This document shows, in pieces, positions 18,894-29,028 of a stretch of DNA of 64,000 nt (within the stretch, counting starts at the first letter, position 1; each line of letters opens with the position of its first letter). Location of the stretch: NCBI GenBank assembly GCA_020726285.1, contig DYSW01000003.1:30990-94989 (forward strand), read 5' to 3'. Origin of the DNA: Melioribacter roseus. Lineage in GTDB: Bacteria; Bacteroidota; Ignavibacteria; Ignavibacteriales; Melioribacteraceae. The notes under the pieces were generated by a model. That model did not search any database and was not told the DNA's origin. It saw only the letters and a list, made by a program, of their open reading frames with translations. The position numbers and the translations under genes are program-made.

Positions 18894-19355
18894 TCAATAA
18901 AATTTTACTTCATGACTTATATATGATTTTCCTTTGTAAATGAATTTGGCGCTAAAGAAATTTGCTTGTTCTAACCACGGAATAAATACTTTATCACCAT
19001 CCCACAAATTTAGATTAGTAAGATCTTCATCATTAATCCAATGTAACTCTCCTTCATCCGAATCAATAACTTCACCTTCAAAATCATCAATATTAAAAAG
19101 GAAAACATGCCAATCGTTTTTACCATCAAAATTAGGGAATGAAATAAAACCTTTCATTTTCAGTGATTTTACTGAAAGTCCAGTTTCTTCTTTTACTTCT
19201 CGAATGGCACATTCTTCAGGATTTTCACCAATTTCAAATTTGCCACCAACACCGTTCCATTTTCCTTCGTGGTAATCATTTTCCTTTTTATTTCTGAAAA
19301 TCATCAAAGTTTTACCATTTTTCTTAATATAACAAAGTGTTGCAAGAATGTTCAT
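18894..19355 (-). CDS. NUDIX hydrolase (MutT/MTH1-like)
   Basis: 153 aa. Nudix box GGKFEIGENPEECAIREVKEETGL preceded by GKWNGVGG, as in 8-oxo-dGTPase-type enzymes. TAATG overlap with hldD. Confidence 0.85.
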   Translation of the reverse strand: MNILATLCYIKKNGKTLMIFRNKKENDYHEGKWNGVGGKFEIGENPEECAIREVKEETGLSVKSLKMKGFISFPNFDGKNDWHVFLFNIDDFEGEVIDSDEGELHWINDEDLTNLNLWDGDKVFIPWLEQANFFSAKFIYKGKSYISHEVKFY

Positions 19356-20329
19356 TACGCAATAAACCCATTTTTAAGAAGGTAATTTTTTGTATAATCG
19401 TTAATTCCATCTTCAAGTGAAGTAAATTCTTGCGAAAAACCAACACTTCGCAATTTATTTATGTTTGCTTCAGTATGATATTGATATTTGTTCTGAAGAA
19501 TTTCCGGCATTTCTATGTATTTAATGTTTTTTTCTCTTTTCATATTCAAGAAAACGGTAGAGACCAAATCGTTCCACGTTCTTGCTTTGCCAGTTCCAAC
19601 ATTAAACAGACCATTTTTATCTTCATTTTCCATAAAAAATACTGAAATATCAGCCACATCTTTAACATATATAAAATCACGAAGTTGTTCGCCATCAGCA
19701 TATTCATTCTTGTAAGATTTAAATAATTCTACTTCTCCGGTTTCTAAAATTTGCCTGTATGCTCTAGTTACAACGCTTTGCATTTCTTCTTTATGAAATT
19801 CATTGGGACCGTAAACATTAAAGAACTTCATTCCAGTAACTTTGCTGAATAGAGATTCACTTTTAATCCATCTATCAAAAAGGAATTTTGAATAACCGTA
19901 CATATTCATCGGGCGAAGTTTATCGAGTTCGTCAATATTATCATCGTAACCATTTTCACCATTTCCGTAAGTTGCAGCTGACGATGCGTAAATAAAGCGG
20001 ATACCACGTGGAATTGAGTATTTTACAAGTTCTGTTGAGTACTTATAATTGTTATCAATCAGAAAATCCGCATTTGTTTCGGTAGTTGAAGAACATGCAC
20101 CAAAATGAAAAATTGTTTCAATTATGAATGGGATTTTTTCGTCCATAAGAAGTTCTATGAATTTTGTTTTGTCAATAAAATCATAAAAATTTAATCCACG
20201 TATGTTTTTCCATTTCTCTTTAGTACCAAGTTCATCAACAATCACGATGTTATCATATCCTAATGTGTTTAATTTCCAAACTAAAACGCTCCCTATAAAT
20301 CCTGCCCCACCAGTAACAACAATCATCAT
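19355..20329 (-). CDS. hldD: ADP-L-glycero-D-manno-heptose 6-epimerase
   Basis: 324 aa. MIVVTGGAGFIGS Rossmann start, YGYSKFLFD catalytic YxxxK, and FFNVYGPNEFHK, which matches the RfaD-specific block as I recall it from E. coli RfaD. Confidence 0.85.
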   Translation of the reverse strand: MMIVVTGGAGFIGSVLVWKLNTLGYDNIVIVDELGTKEKWKNIRGLNFYDFIDKTKFIELLMDEKIPFIIETIFHFGACSSTTETNADFLIDNNYKYSTELVKYSIPRGIRFIYASSAATYGNGENGYDDNIDELDKLRPMNMYGYSKFLFDRWIKSESLFSKVTGMKFFNVYGPNEFHKEEMQSVVTRAYRQILETGEVELFKSYKNEYADGEQLRDFIYVKDVADISVFFMENEDKNGLFNVGTGKARTWNDLVSTVFLNMKREKNIKYIEMPEILQNKYQYHTEANINKLRSVGFSQEFTSLEDGINDYTKNYLLKNGFIA

Positions 20330-20399
20330 TTCTCCATTAAATATTAATTAAATTATTATTTTAACAATCAATTATCGTAAAAAAATAGTAAAAATCCAG

Positions 20400-23300
20400 A
20401 TGATAGATATAATTAAAAACTTACTTAATGAAAGAATATTGGTTCTTGATGGTGCAATGGGAACAATGATTCAAAGATATCTGCTATCAGAAAGTGATTA
20501 TAGAGGAAAGGAATTTTCAAACCATAGTTTCAATTTGAAAGGAAATAACGATATTCTCTCAATTACTCAACCCCAAATAATTAAAGAAATTCACAAACAA
20601 TATCTTGAAGTTGGTGCTGATATTATTGAAACGAACACTTTTAATGGAACTTCAATTTCTCAAAAAGATTACGGTTTAGAAAATTTTGCTTATCAAATAA
20701 ATTACGAATCTGCTAAAATTGCAAAAGAAATAGCAGAGAAATTCACAAATCAAAATCCTCAAAAACCTCGCTTTGTTGCTGGTGCATTAGGACCAACAAA
20801 TAAAACATTATCAATGTCGCCCAAAGTAGCTGACCCAAGTTTTAGAGAATACACGTTTAATCAATTCGTTGAAAGTTACAAAGAACAAGCAAAAGGTTTG
20901 ATTGATGGCGGAGCAGATATTTTACTTGTAGAAACAATTTTTGACACGCTAAACGCAAAAGCAGCATTATTTGCAATTGATTTGTTGAGCGAAGAGATTG
21001 GGAAAGATATTCCAATAATGATTTCAGGAACGATTGTAGATTTTAGTGGAAGAACTCTTTCTGGGCAAACAAACGAAGCATTTTGGATATCAGTAAAACA
21101 TACACAAAATTTAATAAGTATTGGGCTAAATTGCGCATTAGGTCCAAAACAAATGCGTCCTTTTATTTCAGAATTATCAGAAAAAGCAGATGTTTTTATT
21201 AGTCTTTATCCGAACGCTGGTTTGCCGAATGCTTTTGGAAATTACGATGAAACCCCTGAATTGATGATTGAAGTTCTTGATAAATATGCTGAAGAAGGTT
21301 GGATAAATATTCTTGGAGGTTGTTGCGGCACAACTCCAGATCACATTAAAGTTTTTGCTGAACATTCCAAAAATCTAAAACCAAGAAAATTGCCGAAAAA
21401 GGAAAAGAAACTTCAATTAAGCGGTCTTGAAGCACTAACTTTTCGAGAAAATATAAATTTTGTTAATATTGGGGAAAGAACAAATGTTGCTGGTTCTGCA
21501 AAATTTAAAAATCTTATAAAAGATGGAAAATTTGAAGAAGCACTTTCCGTTGCAACAGAACAAGTAGAAGGTGGAGCACAAATTATTGATGTAAATATGG
21601 ATGATGCAATGATTGACGGGGTTTTTGCAATGCGAAAATTCCTGAATTATGTTGCGACTGAACCAAATATTTCAAAAGTTCCAATAATGATCGATTCAAG
21701 CAATTGGGAAGTGATAGAAAATGCGATGCAAGTAATTCAGGGAAAGGGAATAGTGAATTCAATTAGTTTGAAAGAAGGCGAAGACAAGTTTTTAGAGCAA
21801 GCTAAAAAAATCAAAAAATATGGTTTTGCCGCAATTATAATGGCGTTTGATGAAAATGGACAAGCTGATAATCTAAATCGAAAAAAAGAGATATTTACTC
21901 GTGCATATAAATTGCTGACAGAAAAAGTTGATTTTCCAGAAGAAGACATAATATTTGACTCGAATGTTTTTGCAATTGCGACTGGAATTGAAGCACATAA
22001 TAATTTTGCTGTTGATTTCATTGAATCTGTATTATGGATAAAGCAAACTTTTCCAAATGTGAAAACTTCTGGAGGAATTAGTAACGTTTCATTTTCATTT
22101 AGAGGAAATAATTTTGTTAGAGAAGCAATTCACGCTGTTTTTCTATTTCATGCAATAAAAGCCGGTTTGGATATGGGAATTGTAAACCCAAGTCAATTAA
22201 TAGTTTATGATGAAATTCCATCTGAAATATTATTTGCAGTTGAAAATCTTGTTCTAAATAGAACAAACAATGCAACTGAAAAATTGCTTGAAATGGTCGA
22301 AAATCTTAAAAGTGATGTAAAAAAAGATAAGAAAAATCAAGATTGGCGAAAAGAATCAGTTGAAAAAAGACTTGAACACAGCATAATAAACGGAATTGTT
22401 GATTTTATTGAAGCCGATGTTGATGAAGCCAGAATAAAATTGAAAGATTCCTTGTTGGTTATCGAAGGTCCGTTGATGAACGGAATGAATTTAGTTGGTG
22501 ATTTTTTTGGTGAAGGGAAAATGTTTCTTCCGCAAGTAGTAAAAAGTGCAAGAGTTATGAAAACAGCAGTTTCCTTTCTAATTCCACATATCGAAGAAGA
22601 AAGAAAACGCAGCGGAGATGTTGCAAAATCGTCTGGAAAAATTCTTCTTGCAACAGTAAAAGGCGATGTTCACGACATTGGAAAAAATATTGTTGCAGTT
22701 GTTTTAAGTTGCAATAATTACGAAGTAGTTGATCTAGGAGTAATGGTACCAAGCGAAAAAATACTTTCAACGGCAATTGATGAAGGCGTAGATGCAATTG
22801 GATTAAGCGGACTAATTACGCCATCTTTGCACGAAATGGTACACATTGCAAAAGAAATGGAAAGATTGGGTTTGGATTTGCCTTTGTTAATTGGCGGAGC
22901 TACAACTTCCAGCATTCATACTGCAGTTAAAATTGACACAGAATATAGTGGAATTGCAACACATGTTTTAGATGCTTCTCGTTCAGTTTCTGTGGTTAGT
23001 AAAATTTTATCAGCAAAAGAAGAATTTCGGATAGAGAAAAAGAAAGAATATGCCAAAATTCGAGAAATTCATGAAAAAGGGGAGAATCAAAATTATATTT
23101 CTCTTTTAGAAGCCAGAAATAATAATTTTAAAATTAATTGGATTACTAATCCGCCATTTCAACCAAAACAAATTGGCATTTTTGAATTTCTTGATGAAAG
23201 CATCGCTAATATCCGAAAATTCATTGATTGGTCACCATTTTTCCATACTTGGGAAATGAAAGGAAAATATCCTGGAATTCTTACAGAAAAAAAATATGGA

Positions 23301-24059
23301 AACGAAGCCCAAAAGCTATTTGATGATGCTCAGAAAATGCTTGCACAAATTGAATCTGAAAAATGGCTAAAAATGAATGGAATAGCGGGAATTTTTCCAG
23401 CAAATTCAACTGAAGATGATATTGAAATTTATAGTTCTGTTGACAAAAAGTATTTATCAAAATTGCATTTTTTGCGAGATCAAAGAAAAAATAACAAAAA
23501 TACCAATCTTTCTTTATCTGATTTTATTCTTCCTAAAGAAAATAACCAAACTGATTATATTGGAATGTTTGCAATTTCTGCAGGAATTGGAATTCAGCAA
23601 AAAATTGAAGAATTCAGAGCCAGAAATGATGAATATAGCTCAATTTTGATACAAAGCATTGCCGATAGATTAGCTGAAGCATTTGCAGAATTTATTCATT
23701 GGAAAATTCGAACAAATATTTGGGGTTTTTCTAATGAAGAGATTATTATTGAAAATCTAATTTCAGAAAAATATATTGGAATTCGACCCGCACCTGGTTA
23801 TCCAGCACAGCCAGATCATACTGAAAAGCAAATAATTTTTGATATACTACACGCAGAAGAAAAATGTGGAATTACATTAACAGAATCATTTGCTATGCTG
23901 CCGACTGCTTCGGTTTGTGGACTAATATTCTCGCATCCCGAAAGCAAATATTTCTCAATTGGAAAAATAAGTAAAGACCAAGTTGAAGATTACGCTAAAA
24001 GAAAAGAAATATCGATTGAACAAGTTGAATACTGGTTAAAACCAAACTTAAATTATTAG
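20400..24059 (+). CDS. metH: Cobalamin-dependent methionine synthase
   Basis: 1219 aa. Hcy-binding GGCCGTTP, pterin-binding module, B12 DxHxxG (GDVHDIGKN) and the C-terminal AdoMet reactivation domain. Confidence 0.97.
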   Translation: MIDIIKNLLNERILVLDGAMGTMIQRYLLSESDYRGKEFSNHSFNLKGNNDILSITQPQIIKEIHKQYLEVGADIIETNTFNGTSISQKDYGLENFAYQINYESAKIAKEIAEKFTNQNPQKPRFVAGALGPTNKTLSMSPKVADPSFREYTFNQFVESYKEQAKGLIDGGADILLVETIFDTLNAKAALFAIDLLSEEIGKDIPIMISGTIVDFSGRTLSGQTNEAFWISVKHTQNLISIGLNCALGPKQMRPFISELSEKADVFISLYPNAGLPNAFGNYDETPELMIEVLDKYAEEGWINILGGCCGTTPDHIKVFAEHSKNLKPRKLPKKEKKLQLSGLEALTFRENINFVNIGERTNVAGSAKFKNLIKDGKFEEALSVATEQVEGGAQIIDVNMDDAMIDGVFAMRKFLNYVATEPNISKVPIMIDSSNWEVIENAMQVIQGKGIVNSISLKEGEDKFLEQAKKIKKYGFAAIIMAFDENGQADNLNRKKEIFTRAYKLLTEKVDFPEEDIIFDSNVFAIATGIEAHNNFAVDFIESVLWIKQTFPNVKTSGGISNVSFSFRGNNFVREAIHAVFLFHAIKAGLDMGIVNPSQLIVYDEIPSEILFAVENLVLNRTNNATEKLLEMVENLKSDVKKDKKNQDWRKESVEKRLEHSIINGIVDFIEADVDEARIKLKDSLLVIEGPLMNGMNLVGDFFGEGKMFLPQVVKSARVMKTAVSFLIPHIEEERKRSGDVAKSSGKILLATVKGDVHDIGKNIVAVVLSCNNYEVVDLGVMVPSEKILSTAIDEGVDAIGLSGLITPSLHEMVHIAKEMERLGLDLPLLIGGATTSSIHTAVKIDTEYSGIATHVLDASRSVSVVSKILSAKEEFRIEKKKEYAKIREIHEKGENQNYISLLEARNNNFKINWITNPPFQPKQIGIFEFLDESIANIRKFIDWSPFFHTWEMKGKYPGILTEKKYGNEAQKLFDDAQKMLAQIESEKWLKMNGIAGIFPANSTEDDIEIYSSVDKKYLSKLHFLRDQRKNNKNTNLSLSDFILPKENNQTDYIGMFAISAGIGIQQKIEEFRARNDEYSSILIQSIADRLAEAFAEFIHWKIRTNIWGFSNEEIIIENLISEKYIGIRPAPGYPAQPDHTEKQIIFDILHAEEKCGITLTESFAMLPTASVCGLIFSHPESKYFSIGKISKDQVEDYAKRKEISIEQVEYWLKPNLNY

Positions 24060-24066
24060 GAAAAAC

Positions 24067-24585
24067 ATGAAAACAAATAGACATAAACTCTTTATTATTA
24101 TATTCTTAACAACTTTCTCACTTCAATTATTGGCACAAAATCATAAGGAAGTGTTTCCTTCAGATTCAAGTTATTCGTTGAAATATCCTGATAATTGGAT
24201 AACAATTCCATCAGTTAAGAAAATGAATGTAATGATAGTTAGTCCTAAAATAAGCGAAAAAGATAGTTTTCAGGAAAATGTAATTGTTTTTTCGGAAAAG
24301 AATGACGAAAAACTAACACTTGAGGAAGTTTATCAGAAATTTCAAAAGGAAATTCCCACCAAAGTGAAATCCTATAAACTAATTGAAAAGGGAAATATTA
24401 AAGTGAACAATTTGGAAGCGATTTGGTTTGTGTTTGAACAAGACAATACAACAAAAAACTTGGCTTATCTTTTTCATAAATGGGAAAATAGTTATATTGT
24501 TTTAAGTACAGCAAAAACAAGCACTTATGCTGAATATGAAAAATATTTTAAGGAAATTAGTTATAGTTTCAAATTCAGAAAATGA
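24067..24585 (+). CDS. Secreted protein of unknown function (PsbP/DcrB-like fold suspected)
   Basis: 172 aa. Signal peptide KLFIIIFLTTFSLQLLAQ. The pattern Y.L.YP..W ... is reminiscent of PsbP/DUF1795-type proteins; only weak recognition. Confidence 0.5.
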   Translation: MKTNRHKLFIIIFLTTFSLQLLAQNHKEVFPSDSSYSLKYPDNWITIPSVKKMNVMIVSPKISEKDSFQENVIVFSEKNDEKLTLEEVYQKFQKEIPTKVKSYKLIEKGNIKVNNLEAIWFVFEQDNTTKNLAYLFHKWENSYIVLSTAKTSTYAEYEKYFKEISYSFKFRK

Positions 24586-24594
24586 TTGCGAAAT

Positions 24595-24906
24595 TCAATT
24601 ATTTTCTGAACCTGGAGAACCTTTTTTTAACCTATTTTGGTATTTACTAAGAACTTCTTCAAGCAAAATATCAGCATCAATTTCAGTTTTGTTAAGTAAA
24701 TTCAAGATTGAGTAAAGTAAATCGCCAATTTCCAACTTCAATTCTTTTGTAATCTGAACTTGATTTTTTCCATAATTTGTTGATTTCAGAATTTCCTTTG
24801 AAACTTCACCCAATTCAGATAAAATATCAAGAATAATTGTAACTTCATCAGAATTTAACGAATTAGAATTGGTAAAAATTTTTACTTTTTGTTGTAATAA
24901 GTTCAT
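24595..24906 (-). CDS. MazG-like nucleotide pyrophosphohydrolase domain protein
   Basis: 103 aa all-helical protein. LGEVSKEI... and ELKLEIGDLLYSILNL blocks match small MazG-family proteins. TAATG overlap with the upstream ALDH gene. Confidence 0.6.
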   Translation of the reverse strand: MNLLQQKVKIFTNSNSLNSDEVTIILDILSELGEVSKEILKSTNYGKNQVQITKELKLEIGDLLYSILNLLNKTEIDADILLEEVLSKYQNRLKKGSPGSENN

Positions 24907-26489
24907 TATTTCTTTTTGAATTCATTAATTATTTTTTGAACATCTGATTCAGAAATCCCTTTTCCAAGATTAGAACTTGTTTTTTCAACTTTTTTGTTGG
25001 TAGAATTTGAAATAAATGGATTTACTTTTGGATTTCCGGCACGAGCAAGTAGTCTTTCTTCTATCGAACTAGTAAAACTTGTGGTTTGCACTTTCGATTT
25101 AGTTTTATCTGAAAATGAATTTAAAGAGTGTCCAGGAGTTAATGGATTTGTTTCGAATGCTAAAGTTTTGATGTTAATAAGATGTTTAGCCGAAACATTT
25201 TCCGAAATACTTGAACCAGCCCAAGTACCAACACCAAGGGTTAAAGAAGGCATAAGTGCTGTCGTAAATCCTACTGCACCAAGTGAGCTTGGTGAATTTA
25301 CTACAATTCTAAATGCTGGCTTTTCAAGTGCAAACTTCATAATAATATCACTATCATTTGAATGAATTGAAAGAGTGTGCCCTAATCCACCATTTTGTAA
25401 AATTGCTATGGATTTATGGCATCCATCTAACCAACCATCTGCAGTGTAAAAGGCTAAAATTGGAGATAATTTTTCTTTAGAAAGAGGATGATTTTCGCCA
25501 ATTTCATCACAAAATGCGATTAACACCTTTGTGTTTTGCGGAACAGAAAATCCTGCAATTTCAGCAATTCTTGTAGCGGGTTTTCCAACAATTTCAGCAT
25601 TAATTCTGCCATTCTTTTCAATAATGGCAGCCAACTTTGTTTTTTCTTCATCAGATAGAAAGTAAGCACCTTGCTTTTTTGCAATTTCAATTGCTTTTTC
25701 TCGAATTGGTCTATCAACAATTATTGCTTGTTCGGACGAACACAAAGTCCCGTTATCAAAAGTAGTTCCTTTAATAATGTCTGTAACAGCTTTTTCAACG
25801 TCTGCAGTTCTTTCAATAAATGCTGGAACATTTCCAGAACCTACTCCCAAAGCTGGATTTCCAGTACTATATGCAGCTTTAACCATTGCATTACTTCCGG
25901 TTGCCAAAATTATTCCAATGTTTTCGTCTTTCATTAAAGCATTTGTTCCAGGCAATGTGGGTAAAGACATGCATTGAAAAAGTTCCCGAGGAGCACCAGC
26001 TTTATAAGCAGCTTCGGCAACAACTTGTAATGCTTCTTTTGTACATTCTACAGCCGAAGGATGAGGCGAAGCAACAAATCCGTTTCTACTTTTTGCAGAA
26101 ATTATTGCTTTATACATTACCGTCGAGGTTGGATTTGTTGTTGGAATTAAAGCAGCTACAACTCCCATTGGTTCAGCAATTTTAACAATTTTGCCATTTT
26201 CTAAAATTTCAATTATTCCAACAGTTTTTAGATCTTTAATTGATTCATAAACATTTTTTGTAGCGAATTGATTTTTAAGTACTTTATCCTGCCAAATGCC
26301 AAAACCAGTTTCTTCAAAAGCCATTTTTGCTAATCTTTCGGCTTCCTTAAAACCAGCATCAGACATTGCTTTAACAACTTTATCTACTTGTTCTTGCGAA
26401 AAATATTTGAATTCCTTTTGAGCATCTTTAGCTTTTAGTACTAAATTACGTACTTCTTGAATTGATTTAAGATCTTTGTCAACGTTCAT
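24906..26489 (-). CDS. CoA-acylating aldehyde dehydrogenase (AdhE N-terminal-domain type) with ~80-aa C-terminal tail
   Basis: 527 aa. Collinear with the ALDH half of AdhE as I recall it (..AQKEF..FSQEQVDK.., IPTTNPTST, FDNGTLCSSEQ with the catalytic Cys, PSLTLGVGTWAGSSISENV..KHLIN). After residue ~445 it continues with an S/T/N/K-rich tail ending GISESDVQKIINEFKKK. Confidence 0.88.
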   Translation of the reverse strand: MNVDKDLKSIQEVRNLVLKAKDAQKEFKYFSQEQVDKVVKAMSDAGFKEAERLAKMAFEETGFGIWQDKVLKNQFATKNVYESIKDLKTVGIIEILENGKIVKIAEPMGVVAALIPTTNPTSTVMYKAIISAKSRNGFVASPHPSAVECTKEALQVVAEAAYKAGAPRELFQCMSLPTLPGTNALMKDENIGIILATGSNAMVKAAYSTGNPALGVGSGNVPAFIERTADVEKAVTDIIKGTTFDNGTLCSSEQAIIVDRPIREKAIEIAKKQGAYFLSDEEKTKLAAIIEKNGRINAEIVGKPATRIAEIAGFSVPQNTKVLIAFCDEIGENHPLSKEKLSPILAFYTADGWLDGCHKSIAILQNGGLGHTLSIHSNDSDIIMKFALEKPAFRIVVNSPSSLGAVGFTTALMPSLTLGVGTWAGSSISENVSAKHLINIKTLAFETNPLTPGHSLNSFSDKTKSKVQTTSFTSSIEERLLARAGNPKVNPFISNSTNKKVEKTSSNLGKGISESDVQKIINEFKKK

Positions 26490-26620
26490 TTTTTACCAAA
26501 ATTGTTAAATGAAACATAAAAATTGTTTAGATAAACTGCAATTTATTAAAAGATATTCAATCTAAACTCTTATGAATAAAATATAAATAATTTGTTATAT
26601 ATAAATATGATTTCTAATTT

Positions 26621-26651
26621 TTTGACTTTATACACTGAATAGTTATATTTG
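26621..26651 (+). promoter_or_regulatory. Candidate Bacteroidetes-type promoter (TTTG-N19-TATATTTG) for prs
   Basis: TTTG at 26621..26624 and TATATTTG at 26644..26651, 41 nt before the ATG. Confidence 0.45.
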
Positions 26652-26691
26652 TAATCTTTTATTTATAAAAATTAAATATTGTGAAGTAATA

Positions 26692-27636
26692 ATGGACTTT
26701 GGCCCAAGAGTATTTTCAGGAACATCGAATCCGAAGTTAACGGAAGAAATTGTTCAATATATAGGAATTGAACCTGGAAAGGTTGAAATTAAGCGATTTA
26801 GTGATGGTGAGATTTGGGTAAAATTTCGTGAAAATATTCGTGGTCGCGATGTTTTTATCGTTCAACCAACAAATCCTCCGGCTGATAATTTACTTGAATT
26901 GCTGATTATGATAGATGCAGCCAAAAGAGCTTCAGCAAAAAGAGTTACAGCTGTTATACCTTATTTTGGATATTCAAGGCAAGATAGAAAAGATCAACCT
27001 CGAGTATCACTTGCAGCAAAATTGGTTGCAAATATGATAACTCACGCAGGAACTGATAAAGTTATATCGATAGATTTACACGCTCCGCAGATTCAAGGCT
27101 TTTTTGATATTCCATTTGATCATTTATACTCGTCACCAATTTTTTTGCGAGTATTTGAAGATAAAAAAGATAATTTAGTTGTAGTTTCGCCAGATGTTGG
27201 CGGAATAAAAGTTGCCCGTTCGTTTGCTAAAAGATTAGATTTAGGTCTGGTTGTAATAGATAAAAGGCGACCAAGTCAAAATGTTGCAGAAGTAATGAAC
27301 ATTATTGGCGATGTAAAAGGTAAAAACGTTCTACTTGTTGATGATATTATTGATACTGCTGGCACTTTTGTAAATGCTGTTAAAGCATTAAAAGACAATG
27401 GAGCAGTAAAAATATACGGTGCTGTAACACACGCTGTTTTATCTGGAGCAGCATACGAGAGAATTGAAAATTCAGAAGTTTCTAAATTATATGTTACTGA
27501 TTCAATTCCACTTCGCAAAGATTACGCAGGTAGTAAAATTGTTGCAAAATCATCAGCAAATATTTTAGCTGAGTCAATTTTAAGATCTAATAGACATCAA
27601 TCTGTTAGTTCGCTGTTTGAAAATAATAAAGAATAA
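26692..27636 (+). CDS. prs: Ribose-phosphate pyrophosphokinase
   Basis: 314 aa. VFSGTSNP start, DLHAPQIQGFF, and PRPP loop LVDDIIDTAGT. Confidence 0.96.
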   Translation: MDFGPRVFSGTSNPKLTEEIVQYIGIEPGKVEIKRFSDGEIWVKFRENIRGRDVFIVQPTNPPADNLLELLIMIDAAKRASAKRVTAVIPYFGYSRQDRKDQPRVSLAAKLVANMITHAGTDKVISIDLHAPQIQGFFDIPFDHLYSSPIFLRVFEDKKDNLVVVSPDVGGIKVARSFAKRLDLGLVVIDKRRPSQNVAEVMNIIGDVKGKNVLLVDDIIDTAGTFVNAVKALKDNGAVKIYGAVTHAVLSGAAYERIENSEVSKLYVTDSIPLRKDYAGSKIVAKSSANILAESILRSNRHQSVSSLFENNKE

Positions 27637-27656
27637 TTAATATAAGAGGTGATGTA

Positions 27657-28283
27657 ATGGCAGAAATTACAATTTCCGCAGTTCAACGTGACTTTAAGAC
27701 AAAAGGTGAGAGAAATCAGAGTAGACGCGATGGTAAAATACCGGGAGTTATGTACGCAAATGGTACAGAACCGGTTTCAATATTGATAAATGCCTCTGAA
27801 ATTAATCCATTAGTTTACACAAACGAAAATCATATCGTTTATTTAACAATTGATAATCAAGATGCAATACGTTGTATTTTGAAAGATGTTCAATTTCATC
27901 CAGTAACTGATAAAATTATTCATTTTGATTTTATGGGACTAACAGTTGGACAAGCAATTGAAATGGAAATACCAATTCGTTTTATTGGTACAGCAAAAGG
28001 TGAAAGAGAAGGTGGAGTTGTAACACATATGCTTCATAAATTACATGTTTCAAGCTTGCCAAAAGATTTACCAGAAGTAATTGAAATTAGCGTGAAAGAT
28101 ATTGAGCTTGAAGGAACAATTTTTGTCCGTGATTTGAAATTTGAAAATTTCAAGATTTTAAATGATGAAGATACATTAATTGTTGCATGTCACGCCCCAC
28201 GTGAATCAGATTTAACTACTGATAAACCAGCTTCTGCTGAACCAGAAGTTATTACTAAAGGTAAAAAAGATAAAGAAGTGTAA
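27657..28283 (+). CDS. rplY: 50S ribosomal protein L25 / general stress protein Ctc
   Basis: 208 aa. R..G..P.V.Y N-terminal block (RRDGKIPGVMY) and a long Ctc-type C-terminal domain. GAGGTG SD. Confidence 0.9.
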   Translation: MAEITISAVQRDFKTKGERNQSRRDGKIPGVMYANGTEPVSILINASEINPLVYTNENHIVYLTIDNQDAIRCILKDVQFHPVTDKIIHFDFMGLTVGQAIEMEIPIRFIGTAKGEREGGVVTHMLHKLHVSSLPKDLPEVIEISVKDIELEGTIFVRDLKFENFKILNDEDTLIVACHAPRESDLTTDKPASAEPEVITKGKKDKEV

Positions 28284-28292
28284 ATCTGTAAA

Positions 28293-28868
28293 TTGTCTGC
28301 ACGAATAATTTTTGGGATAGGTAATCCCGGGTATAAATACGAAAATACAAAGCATAATATTGGATTTCAGATTTTAGATGCCTTTGCAGAAAAACATAAA
28401 TTAAATTTTACTAAAAGCGATAGTTTATTTTTATCTACGGGAAGTATATTGAACACTTCCCCTTTTTTATTGATAAAACCCACAACTTATGTTAATCTAA
28501 GTGGGAAAGCAGTTGAACAAGTTTTCTTGAATTATGATATTAATATCAAGGACTTCTTAGTAGTAGTGGACGATATTAATCTACCAATGGGTGAAATTAG
28601 AATTAGAAAAAAAAGTGGAGATGGTGGACATAATGGTTTGTTCTCAATCATTGAACAACTAAATTCTAAAGAATTTCCCAGAATAAGATTTGGAGTTGGA
28701 AACAATTTCAAACAAGGAGAAATGGCAGATTATGTTTTATCAAAGTTTGATTTAGATTCTATTGATTTTGTTAATATTAAAGTAAAAACATCAGTCGAAT
28801 TGATTGAAAATTTTATTGAAAATGGTTATGAAGGGTTAACAAAAGCGTTTAGTAAAATTAGCAATTAG
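28293..28868 (+). CDS. pth: Peptidyl-tRNA hydrolase
   Basis: 191 aa. FGIGNPG..Y..T.HN.GF and GGHNGL blocks. TTG start; there is no in-frame ATG that keeps the conserved N-terminus. Confidence 0.92.
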   Translation: MSARIIFGIGNPGYKYENTKHNIGFQILDAFAEKHKLNFTKSDSLFLSTGSILNTSPFLLIKPTTYVNLSGKAVEQVFLNYDINIKDFLVVVDDINLPMGEIRIRKKSGDGGHNGLFSIIEQLNSKEFPRIRFGVGNNFKQGEMADYVLSKFDLDSIDFVNIKVKTSVELIENFIENGYEGLTKAFSKISN

Positions 28869-28914
28869 CAATATTAATTTATTGTTATTCAATAACTTAC
28901 AGTACAAATATAAG

Positions 28915-28945
28915 TTTGTTTAACTATAAAAAAAGTTTATCTTTA
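28915..28945 (+). promoter_or_regulatory. Candidate promoter (TTTG-N19-TATCTTTA) for the rpsF-ssb-rpsR-rplI operon
   Basis: TTTG at 28915..28918 and TATCTTTA at 28938..28945. The -7 box deviates from TAnnTTTG at its last base. Confidence 0.4.
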
Positions 28946-28965
28946 CAAGTTCTTTTTAAAACCCT

Positions 28966-28995
28966 GCTCTCCGGAAGATCCGTAGAGCCTTTTTT
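28966..28995 (+). promoter_or_regulatory. Leader hairpin plus U-tract upstream of rpsF (attenuator / S6:S18-type leader candidate, or simply the pth terminator)
   Basis: GCTCT-C-CGGA-aga-TCCG-T-AGAGC (9 bp with one C/T mismatch) followed by CC-TTTTTT. It sits about 20 nt after the candidate -7 box and about 33 nt before the rpsF ATG. Confidence 0.45.
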
Positions 28996-29028
28996 AACAA
29001 CAAATTAGTCCAAAGGGAGAAAACCTTA

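Noticed and set aside
20330-20399. Possibility of a cobalamin or SAM riboswitch upstream of metH.
   Set aside because: There is only 70 nt of pure A/T-rich divergent promoter region between hldD and metH, which is too short and unstructured.
24583-24597. Convergent stops of the PsbP-like gene and the mazG-like gene only 9 nt apart with no terminator hairpin.
   Set aside because: It is real but uninformative by itself. Termination presumably occurs inside the opposing gene or is Rho-dependent. There is no additional structure to report.
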